36,089 nt of DNA from an uncultured Candidatus Saccharibacteria bacterium (GTDB lineage Bacteria > Patescibacteriota > Saccharimonadia > Saccharimonadales > Saccharimonadaceae), in NCBI GenBank assembly GCA_937976315.1, contig CALJRR010000032.1:1-36089 (forward strand), written 5' to 3'. Under the pieces are notes generated by a model. The model did not search any database. It worked only from the letters and a program-made list of their open reading frames with translations, and was not told the origin of the DNA. Numbering within the stretch: position 1 is the stretch's first letter; the number at the start of each line of letters is the position of its first letter. Made by a program: the position numbers and the translations under genes. Positions 29,071 through 36,089 of this stretch are shown in pieces.

Positions 29071-30033
29071 ATGAAGAAAAACTCTCAAGCACAGCTCCAG
29101 GGTATGTTACTCGGCTTAGCTATTGGCGACGCCCTCGGTGCTCCTATTGAACACGGCTACACAAGTGATGAGATTGTCGCTCGTAAAGAAGAATTGCGTC
29201 ATATGCACGATGAAGCACACTTTCCTCGTGGTGTCTGGACAGACGATACTTCTATGGCATTATGTTTAGCAGATAGCTTGCTAGAGTGTGGCGGCTATGA
29301 TTCGTGGAACGTTATGGATAAGTATTGCAAATGGCAATCAGAGGGCTACCGTTCGTATTTTGACTATGGCGAGGGCATTGGCATGCAGACACTTATCATG
29401 CTGGATATGTACGCTAGCGGTTACGCTATTGTTCACAAAACGATGAATCGGAGCGATGGTGCTGGCAACGGCGTTGTAATGCGTCTCGCGCCAGTCGTGA
29501 TAGCTGCCTACGGCAAACGAGATGTTCGTGACGTGATACGACTTGCTCAAGTCTCTGCTAGAGAAACGCATTACTCCTATGAGGCTGAAGCTGCTGCTGA
29601 AGTGTTTGCTGCCATACTACATAACGCTATCCATCTAAAAAACAAAGCAGATATTATAGATGTTAGTAAGTATAGTACTGGCGCACACTACGACCAGCTG
29701 CTGAACAAGCTAAAAGAGAGAGTTGAGACAGATAAGCTCAAGAATAAGCCAGGTTATGTCGTATACACCCTCCAGATAGCTTTATGGGGCTTTATGAACT
29801 ATGACACATTTGAGGACGGAATGTTGGCAGTTATGTGTCTGGGTGGCGACGTCGATACAACTATGGCAGTGTACGGGCAATTAGCTGGTGCATACTATGG
29901 GCTTAATGCGATACCGAACGAATGGCGGCGTGATGTTTATCAAGGGAATGATATTATTGAACTAGCAGATAAACTAGCCGCAATGGACGATTGCCCTGTC
30001 CTGTATACACGGTTTGAGGAAGATGTAACTTAA
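29071..30033 (+). CDS. ADP-ribosylglycohydrolase (DraG/ARH family)
   Basis: GLAIGDALG, WTDDTSMA, GNGVVMR, ETH, GGDVDTT, GQLAGAYYG..IP. Confidence 0.93.
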   Translation: MKKNSQAQLQGMLLGLAIGDALGAPIEHGYTSDEIVARKEELRHMHDEAHFPRGVWTDDTSMALCLADSLLECGGYDSWNVMDKYCKWQSEGYRSYFDYGEGIGMQTLIMLDMYASGYAIVHKTMNRSDGAGNGVVMRLAPVVIAAYGKRDVRDVIRLAQVSARETHYSYEAEAAAEVFAAILHNAIHLKNKADIIDVSKYSTGAHYDQLLNKLKERVETDKLKNKPGYVVYTLQIALWGFMNYDTFEDGMLAVMCLGGDVDTTMAVYGQLAGAYYGLNAIPNEWRRDVYQGNDIIELADKLAAMDDCPVLYTRFEEDVT

Positions 30034-30058
30034 TACAAATTAGGAAGAGAATGACTAT

Positions 30059-30472
30059 ATGAACAAAACAACATTAGAAACCGCTCAGCAACTACTAGCC
30101 ACAAAAGAGTTTAGCTACAAGGATATTAACCCAGGCGAAAGAGGAATATTCCTAGCGGCGCTTATTGAGAATGGTAAAGTCGCCAAAGAAGGAACTAACC
30201 ACCACTCAAATATCCCCAAAGTAACGCTGATTAGTGAGTGGTATTTACGGCATGAGTTAGGACTAGGTGGAGTGATTAAGCACGACCTATACACTTCGCT
30301 TGAGCTGTGGAAGTTAGATGATAAGCGATATCAAATTATCTATTATAAGCCCTTCGGTTTGGGGAATTATGTTGAAACAAAATCAGAATTCTATGACGAT
30401 AAAGACTCTGCTCAGGCTCACCTTGACGAAGAATCTCGTAAGCTTGAAGCAGAGTTATCTCGCCTTGAGTGA
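30059..30472 (+). CDS. Hypothetical protein (island cargo)
   Basis: 137-aa ORF 25 nt downstream of the ARH gene, AGGAAG upstream. Confidence 0.7.
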   Translation: MNKTTLETAQQLLATKEFSYKDINPGERGIFLAALIENGKVAKEGTNHHSNIPKVTLISEWYLRHELGLGGVIKHDLYTSLELWKLDDKRYQIIYYKPFGLGNYVETKSEFYDDKDSAQAHLDEESRKLEAELSRLE

Positions 30473-30540
30473 TAAAACCTAGAATCATCTTTTGTCAAAG
30501 TAAGTCATGCTAGGTGCTGCTACTTTTTGTGCTTGGATTG

Positions 30541-30898
30541 TTGTATGATAAAACAGATCTAATAAATGCGTATGATGACGATAAGGTAATGATAGCCGAC
30601 AAGCTACGGCGACTAGAGCGTCAGCAAGCAATACGAGAGACTGATATTGATGTTGCTCTTGAGATTATGCTAGATGTAGATAGATAATGGGTACTGGCTT
30701 CGTCGGGCGCTAGGGCAAGGTTCCAAAGCATATTATTCCCCACAGGGGTTGATATATGACTATAAAAACCATAGGTTTGGAACCAGTGAAGTCAGTGTAT
30801 TTTACAGAGTGCTACCAACCAAAAAAGGCTCTCCAGAACCTGAAAAACCTTTCTTGGTGGCGGGGGTAGGATTTGAACCTACGACCTTTTGGTTATGA
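30541..30898 (+). pseudogene. Remnant C-terminus of a probable large serine recombinase
   Basis: LERQQAIRETDIDVALEIMLDVDR*WVLASSGARARFQSILFP [+1 frameshift at CCCC 30738-30741] QGLIYDYKNHRFGTSEVSVFYRVLPTKKGSPEPEKPFLVAGVGFEPTTFWL; stop at 30685; catalytic domain absent, so the family is inferred from recalled resemblance and position. Confidence 0.6.
30850..30859. repeat. att core, right copy (overlaps tRNA-fMet CCA end)
   Basis: Identical to 28780-28789; reverse complement CACCAAGAAA. Confidence 0.7.
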
Positions 30899-30931
30899 GC
30901 CAAACGAGCTACCAGGCTGCTCTACCCCGCG
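30855..30931 (-). tRNA. Initiator tRNA-fMet(CAT)
   Basis: CGCGGGGTAGAGCAGCCTGGTAGCTCG 5' half, C1xC72 mismatch, A11-U24, CTCATAA loop, encoded CCA. Confidence 0.95.
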
Positions 30932-30974
30932 ATACATAATTATGATATCAGCTTAGCGTAATAATTGCAACACC

Positions 30975-31424
30975 TTAGTGTTTATGACTATTGCCACCAA
31001 ATAGAAAGTTCATCCATTGCTGGAAATTGCTGTCAGTCCGCTTCGCGCTCGACGCAAGTTTTTGGGCGGGTGTGGCGCTTTCGAAAGATTGGGTGATGAG
31101 CTGTTTTTCGCCGGGTAGACCTTTTCCTGTGCGCTGTCTAATGGTTAATTCTTGATATTCTTCGCTTTGATAATATTTCGATTCGTATTCCAGCAAGGCG
31201 ACTTGTAATTTTTCTATTTCCACTTGCTGGCGTTTGTTGTCGATAGAGCGTTGCAGTTCGTAGTTTTTTTGCATTGATTCAATGGAGCCCCAAGCCCAAC
31301 TCATAGCGATTAAAATCGCAGCAGCAATAACGGCATTATTTAGGGTTAAATAGTCGTGCTGTATTCTGTAAATTAATCGTTTGAGTTTTAATTTGTTCAT
31401 TTTTGCAAATTTAATATCTACCAC
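30975..31424 (-). CDS. FtsB/DivIC-like septum formation initiator protein
   Basis: Single TM, coiled coil, then EYQELTIRQRTGKGLPGEK resembling the E..AR..LG...PGE motif. Confidence 0.65.
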   Translation of the reverse strand: MVDIKFAKMNKLKLKRLIYRIQHDYLTLNNAVIAAAILIAMSWAWGSIESMQKNYELQRSIDNKRQQVEIEKLQVALLEYESKYYQSEEYQELTIRQRTGKGLPGEKQLITQSFESATPAQKLASSAKRTDSNFQQWMNFLFGGNSHKH

Positions 31425-31482
31425 ATAATATTGTAGCAGGAATGGTAAAAATATTCATCTTATGATTATCAAGTTCAGACTG

Positions 31483-31558
31483 TGGTGGGGGCGGCTGGGA
31501 TCGAACCAGCGACCAATCGGTTATGAGCCGACTGCTCTAACCCCTGAGCTACGCCCCC
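31483..31558 (-). tRNA. tRNA(CAT), probably Ile2 (lysidine-modified)
   Basis: GGGGGCG/CGCCCCC acceptor stem, GTCGG-CTCATAA-CCGAT arm resembling known Ile2 tRNAs, encoded CCA; isotype is an inference. Confidence 0.9.
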
Positions 31559-31588
31559 GTGAGACTTATTATAGCGCATCAGAGGTAA

Positions 31589-32959
31589 TTATAGAAGTTT
31601 TCCGGCGGCAATTCGCACGGCTTCTGACCAAGAAGTGAAACAATGCGGAGTGGACGCTAGTTCTTCGCTGGTAATTTTATGTCGAACAGCTAGGGCTAGC
31701 TCGGCTGCCATATCGCTAGCGTGCGGTCCGACGATCGTTCCGCCCACGACAACTCGCTTCTTATCAACGATCAATTTCACAAAACCTATTCGCTGGTCGG
31801 TAATGTTACTGCGCACGGTAGTTGTAAGCGGAACAATTACTATTTTTGCGCTTATTCCTTTCGCCTTACAATCGTATTCATTCAATCCAATTTGAGCTAT
31901 TTCTGGCTGAGTAAATGCAACTTGTAGGCGCGGGGAATCATTGAATTTAATCTTATTATTATGTAGCAAATTATGAGCCGCAATACGACTCTGCGCTAAA
32001 GCTGTATGAGTTTGGATATTAGCGTCAGTTGCATTTCCTGCGGCAAAAATATGCCGAGCGGAAGTTTGCAGGGAAGAATTAACCAAAATGCCATTTTCGG
32101 TATATTTTACGCCGGCGTTTTCTAAGCCTAAATCTGTCGCAGGCAATTGTTGGTCGGCAATTAGAATTTCATCAACGCGTACAGATTTCTCTATTCGCCC
32201 TTGCAGAAAAGTGACGCGCTTTTGTATAGACGATTTTTGTATAGCGATAATCTTAGTGCGAGCTAAGATTGAAATATTGCGATTTTTTGCGTCATTCGCA
32301 ACCAAAGTGCTGACTTCTGGGTCAAATGTTGATAATATTCTGGGCGATTTCTCTGCTACGTAAACTTTTGCTCCCAGGGTAGAGAAGATGTGTGCTAATT
32401 CTAGCGCCGTAGCTCCCGCACCAACAATGAACATGGTTTTTGGTGGACGCTTCAAGCTAAAAATAGTTTTTGGAGTGTGGTAAGAAACGGCGCTTAATCC
32501 AGGTATTTCTGGAATTTGCCAATCAGATCCAGTTGCAATGAGAAATTTACGAGCGGACAGGTGTCTTCGATTGATGGCTATTTCGTTCGGACTCAAGAAA
32601 TGTGCATTGCCAGCAAAAACACTAATGCCTTGCTTCTCGTAATAATAGCGATTGCCACCAGCTCCAGTCCTCTTTACGACTTTGTCTTTCCAGGAGAGTA
32701 GAGAAGGGTAATTATACCCAACCGAGTTGGTTCGCAGCCCAAATTTAGCGGCATCTTTGGCTGTTTGATAAACGTTAAGAGCATGAGTTAAAAATCCAGT
32801 TGGCACATCTCCCCAGTTTGGTGATTCCCCGCCGAATGTTGATTTTTCTACAACAGCAACTTTTTTTCCAGCGCTTGCTAATATGCTAGCTGCGGGCGAA
32901 CCGCCGGCGCCGCTACCAATTACGATATAGTCATAGTCAAAAGTTGGTTTTTGCGACAT
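31589..32959 (-). CDS. Class I pyridine nucleotide-disulfide oxidoreductase homolog lacking the redox cysteines
   Basis: IVIGSGAGG FAD motif, IATGS, VGAGATALE NAD motif, FTQPEIAQIG, C-terminal dimerisation domain; GGESPNWGDVPT in place of GGxCxNxGCxP; AGGAG RBS. Confidence 0.88.
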   Translation of the reverse strand: MSQKPTFDYDYIVIGSGAGGSPAASILASAGKKVAVVEKSTFGGESPNWGDVPTGFLTHALNVYQTAKDAAKFGLRTNSVGYNYPSLLSWKDKVVKRTGAGGNRYYYEKQGISVFAGNAHFLSPNEIAINRRHLSARKFLIATGSDWQIPEIPGLSAVSYHTPKTIFSLKRPPKTMFIVGAGATALELAHIFSTLGAKVYVAEKSPRILSTFDPEVSTLVANDAKNRNISILARTKIIAIQKSSIQKRVTFLQGRIEKSVRVDEILIADQQLPATDLGLENAGVKYTENGILVNSSLQTSARHIFAAGNATDANIQTHTALAQSRIAAHNLLHNNKIKFNDSPRLQVAFTQPEIAQIGLNEYDCKAKGISAKIVIVPLTTTVRSNITDQRIGFVKLIVDKKRVVVGGTIVGPHASDMAAELALAVRHKITSEELASTPHCFTSWSEAVRIAAGKLL

Positions 32960-32967
32960 CAAATCTC

Positions 32968-33255
32968 CTAAATTATGGTTTTATAATTTTTATATAAATA
33001 AGCCGCGTCGGGATGCAGAGTTTTCATAATGCGTTGTGCTTGGCAGCGGATATCGGCAGAGGTTATTTCTGGGTGAGTTTCGCACCAATTCATAACGCCC
33101 AAAGTGACGGTTTTTGCGATGTCTTGAGCTTGACCCTCTGGCGTACGAACGCTTAGGCAGGTGGCAATTATGGAATTGTGGAGCTTGTCTGGGCTAAACT
33201 CCTCTGGCAGTCGTTTTCCCTGTTTGATGACGTCAATTTGACCTGGCTTTACCAT
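32968..33255 (-). CDS. Stand-alone ATP-cone domain protein
   Basis: VIKQGKRLPEEFSPDKLHNSI...ITSADIR...AAYLY matches the ATP-cone pattern. Confidence 0.75.
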   Translation of the reverse strand: MVKPGQIDVIKQGKRLPEEFSPDKLHNSIIATCLSVRTPEGQAQDIAKTVTLGVMNWCETHPEITSADIRCQAQRIMKTLHPDAAYLYKNYKTII

Positions 33256-33986
33256 AGATTGCCTCCGTAGCTGATAACGCCAATAACGCGGTCGACGAAT
33301 AGGAATGCTGCTAAAATCAATAAGCTACCACCGCTGGCGAATTGCAAAAATCTCTTATGATCTTCCCGCCAACGTTGTAAATTAGAGATGCTGCGTCCGC
33401 TGCCGATCAAGACGATAACGACAAATAACGGCAGTGTGGACACGATGACGTAGATCGCTATGCTGATGATTTGCAAGAAGGGGTTTGGTAGGGTGATAAT
33501 AGCCAGGCTGGCGGCGGTAATTGGCGCGATAATAAATATGATTTCTGCAATAACGCTAATTATTCCCAGGGCAAAGCTCTCTATGGAATTTTTGGTTTTT
33601 TTGGTGCGCTTGTTTAAATATTCCGCAAAATTGCGTGGAAGCCATAATGAAGTTCCTGGTTGTCGTCGAAAGTAGAATGCCCAAATTGCGATTCCTAAGC
33701 CAAACATCATCCCTGAAGAGACGGCGGCAACGAGTTGCTCTGCGCTGGTGGCGTGGTGGATGAATAGTGATAAGAAATAGGAAATGGAGCTGATAAGTAA
33801 CAAGGTGATTATTGCGACTCCAAGTACAAAACTGTTGCTCATACGAAAAATTTTTCTCTGGGCGGTTTTTTTGCCAATCGAATGTCCGCTAAGTAACGTT
33901 AAAACGCTGACGCTAAGCTGAAAACTAGCGTGAATAATCGCTGCAAAAATTATAGTAGCCAGTGATGAGATTGTTACAGGGGTCAT
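33249..33986 (-). CDS. Multi-pass membrane protein (possibly DsbD/LysE-like 6-TM fold)
   Basis: About six hydrophobic segments; 7-bp overlap with the ATP-cone gene. Confidence 0.75.
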   Translation of the reverse strand: MTPVTISSLATIIFAAIIHASFQLSVSVLTLLSGHSIGKKTAQRKIFRMSNSFVLGVAIITLLLISSISYFLSLFIHHATSAEQLVAAVSSGMMFGLGIAIWAFYFRRQPGTSLWLPRNFAEYLNKRTKKTKNSIESFALGIISVIAEIIFIIAPITAASLAIITLPNPFLQIISIAIYVIVSTLPLFVVIVLIGSGRSISNLQRWREDHKRFLQFASGGSLLILAAFLFVDRVIGVISYGGNLW

Positions 33987-34059
33987 TTTTGTGTATAAAT
34001 CCTTCCCTACCAGTGTACCACAAGCGGAATGAAAAGGTAAATAATGACCGAAAAAGGTA

Positions 34060-34088
34060 TTGCTTTTTTGTCAAATTTATGATAGTAT
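34060..34088 (+). promoter_or_regulatory. Probable promoter of a 54-aa small ORF
   Basis: TTGCTT-17 bp-TAGTAT with extended TGn. Confidence 0.5.
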
Positions 34089-34125
34089 AAAGACAGTTAA
34101 ATAATTAACACAAAAAGGAAAAAAT

Positions 34126-34290
34126 ATGGAAATCAACACCAGTGAATTAGCTGAATTTTTAGAAGTAACCCGAAAAAGGGATCTAGCAACGTGGGAGCGT
34201 CAGCGTAATTCATGGGAATTGGATAGCTTTGTGTCACGACGATTGGCGGCTTTGGACGGCGTTCAATCTGAAGAGCTTGAGCTAATTTAA
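34126..34290 (+). CDS. Putative 54-aa acidic small protein (MEINTSELAEFLEV...EELELI)
   Basis: AAAGGA RBS, upstream promoter, downstream hairpin 34309-34331; below ORF-track cutoff. Confidence 0.6.
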   Translation: MEINTSELAEFLEVTRKRDLATWERQRNSWELDSFVSRRLAALDGVQSEELELI

Positions 34291-34342
34291 TTCAGTATCT
34301 ATAAAAAATTCCCCGTCGTATTGACGAGGAAAAGATAATTTC

Positions 34343-34419
34343 TGGTAGCACCGGGTGGACCCGAACCACCGACCTCAGGCTTATGAGTCCTGCGCTCTAA
34401 CCAGCTGAGCTACGGTGCC
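34343..34419 (-). tRNA. Elongator tRNA-Met(CAT)
   Basis: GGCACCG/CGGTGCT acceptor stem, TAGCTCAGCTGGTTAGAGC D-arm, CTCATAA loop, encoded CCA; isotype is an inference. Confidence 0.9.
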
Positions 34420-34493
34420 ACACTGCATTGATTGTAACAGATAGTATAAAATTTGCCAAATACGTTTTAGGTAAATTGTGAGATAATGGATAT

Positions 34494-35330
34494 GTGAGAT
34501 ATATTATCGCAGTCAGTGGTGGGATTGATTCGGTAGTTTTGCTGGATTTGATGTCGCGAACGGAAAAAGATTTGGTGGTCGCTCATTTTGATCACGGAAT
34601 TCGTGAGGATTCGGCGAGTGATGCTAGATTTGTCGAGGCATTAGCTGATAGATATAAAATACAATTTGTTTGTCGGCGTGAAAAGCTGGGGGCTGATGCC
34701 AGTGAAGAATTGGCGCGTCAAAGGCGTTATGAATTTTTGCGTGGCGTGGCGACGGATTTTGATGGCGTGATAGTGACAGCGCATCATCGAGATGACATTA
34801 TTGAAACTGTAGCGATGAATCTTAAGCGTGGCTCCAGGTGGCGAGGTCTGGCGGGGATGAGTGATAGTCAAATAGTTAGGCCGATGAATAGCTGGACGAA
34901 GCAGAGAATTTATGAATATGCGATTCGTCAGAAATTGGAATGGTGTGAAGATGAGACAAATCAAAGCGACGCGTATCAAAGGAATAAATTTAGACGCAAG
35001 ATAAATCGTGAACTTGATGAATATCAGAAACTTGGAGTGTATGAGGCGTGGCGAAAACAGAGAGAATTAAGGGGAAAAGTTGAGCAGGAAATAGAGAAGT
35101 TTGATGGAGAAGTCCTGAGTCGGTATTTTTTGACGATGATAGATGATAATGTCGCACAAGAATTGCTATATTATTACGTTTTGCGACATTATGATGTGTC
35201 GTTACTGGGTTCTCAATTGGAGCGTATGCTAATTGCTATAAAAACTGGAAAAGCTGGCTCTTGCTGGCAAGTTGGCGGCGGCATTGTGATGAAATTGACG
35301 CTAAGAAGTGTTATAATAAAGAGAGTTTGA
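34494..35330 (+). CDS. tilS: tRNA(Ile)-lysidine synthetase (short form)
   Basis: AVSGGIDS PP-loop, HFDHGIR, TAHHRDD..ET, RP, DETN, RN; tilS-ftsH synteny. Confidence 0.93.
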   Translation: MRYIIAVSGGIDSVVLLDLMSRTEKDLVVAHFDHGIREDSASDARFVEALADRYKIQFVCRREKLGADASEELARQRRYEFLRGVATDFDGVIVTAHHRDDIIETVAMNLKRGSRWRGLAGMSDSQIVRPMNSWTKQRIYEYAIRQKLEWCEDETNQSDAYQRNKFRRKINRELDEYQKLGVYEAWRKQRELRGKVEQEIEKFDGEVLSRYFLTMIDDNVAQELLYYYVLRHYDVSLLGSQLERMLIAIKTGKAGSCWQVGGGIVMKLTLRSVIIKRV

Positions 35331-35358
35331 TTAGTATAGGCGAAAGGATTAGTTGAGA

Positions 35359-36089
35359 ATGGCTGTTAAGATGCCTCAAAGAAATGGAAAGAATAGAATA
35401 AGTCAAATTTTACGATTTGGATTGTTTTGGGCAATTATAATTTTTGTAGCGTTAATTTTTTACGCAACACTCTTCCCTGCGTCAAATCTTAAAGATGTTG
35501 CATTATCTGATGTAGTGCGTCGAGCAAATGACGGTAAAATTGCTCAATTGGAGATTCAAGGAAACGATATTAAGATTACTCCAAAAGATCAATCAAAACC
35601 TACCGAGCATTCAGTCAAGGAATCTAGTAGCATTTATGAGCAGGGATTGAACAAGGATGCTAAGGTTGAGGTGAAGGTTATTCCACCATCCACAACCGGC
35701 GAAACTATGTGGAATCTGGCGGTTATGGTTGTGCCTGTGCTGATTATCGTGGTGTTCTTTATGTTTATGATGCGCCAAGCTCAGGGTCAAAATAATCAAG
35801 CTATGGGATTCGGCAAGAGTAAGGCTCGCCTGTATGGACAGGACAAAGAAAAGGTTCTGTTTACGGATATCGCGGGAAATGATAACGCCAAGCAAGATCT
35901 ACAGGAAGTTGTTGATTTTCTTAAGCATCCGAAGAAATATAAAGATTTGGGCGCAAAGATTCCGAAAGGCGTATTGCTAGTCGGTAATCCGGGTACAGGT
36001 AAGACGATGCTAGCCCGAGCCGTCGCTGGTGAGGCTGGTGTACCATTCTTCTCGATCTCCGGTTCTGAATTTGTGGAAATGTTTGTCGG
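35359..36089 (+). CDS. ftsH: ATP-dependent zinc metalloprotease FtsH, 3'-truncated by window edge
   Basis: Translated by hand: two TMs, [60 protein letters not shown]. Confidence 0.97.
   Translation, partial: MAVKMPQRNGKNRISQILRFGLFWAIIIFVALIFYATLFPASNLKDVALSDVVRRANDGKIAQLEIQGNDIKITPKDQSKPTEHSVKESSSIYEQGLNKDAKVEVKVIPPSTTGETMWNLAVMVVPVLIIVVFFMFMMRQAQGQNNQAMGFGKSKARLYGQDKEKVLFTDIAGNDNAKQDLQEVVDFLKHPKKYKDLGAKIPKGVLLVGNPGTGKTMLARAVAGEAGVPFFSISGSEFVEMFV

Larger units (their letters stand above)
28780..30859. mobile_element. Degenerate integrative island at the tRNA-fMet 3' end
   Basis: 10-bp direct repeat TTTCTTGGTG at both ends, one copy overlapping the tRNA CCA end; decayed recombinase-like frame reading into the tRNA; two cargo genes. 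Confidence 0.75.

Noticed and set aside
14752..30955. Recurring ATAAGC/GCTTA(T) motif in intergenic DNA (14752, 15707, 20999, 28133, 29037, 30951)
   Set aside because: Short AT-rich word at inconsistent positions; cannot be separated from chance without genome-wide statistics
31589..32959. Annotation as lpdA or merA
   Set aside because: Both redox cysteines are missing, the HPT motif is altered, there is no C-terminal Cys pair, and no dehydrogenase-complex or mer genes are adjacent
237..35895. Many antisense or nested ORFs in the track (e.g. 1645-2265, 4117-4665, 12897-13328, 17815-18210, 21010-21363, 35611-35895)
   Set aside because: Shadows of well-supported genes on another frame or strand; no motifs or expression signals
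1..36089. CRISPR array, rRNA, intact IS or prophage
   Set aside because: No regularly spaced repeats, rRNA-like tracts, transposase or phage structural genes seen

Overview
Chromosomal window from a reduced-genome bacterium, most consistent with an oral Saccharibacteria (TM7/CPR) epibiont; this is inferred from gene content and style, not from a marker gene. Mostly housekeeping and transport genes: a heterodimeric ABC exporter, a complete arginine deiminase operon (arcA-arcB-antiporter-arcC), tandem CorA genes, aspS, trmB, murC, tilS and partial ftsH. There are four tRNAs: Pro(CGG) and all three CAU-anticodon classes (fMet, Ile2, Met). Accessory content includes an AT-rich DUF4365-type nuclease-fold gene between GC-richer flanks and a 2.1-kb island at the 3' end of tRNA-fMet. 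The island is bounded by a 10-bp direct repeat and carries an ADP-ribosylglycohydrolase plus a decayed recombinase-like C-terminus whose tail would be swapped in frame on excision. Other notable signals: pervasive leaderless-type promoters, an initiator tRNA lacking one of the three conserved G-C pairs, a cysteine-less flavoprotein disulfide reductase homolog in an operon with a stand-alone ATP cone, an HD-CYTH fusion, a WhiB-like cysteine motif protein, and small ORFs below the ORF-track cutoff with their own promoters and terminators. All family calls come from motif recognition; no searches were run.
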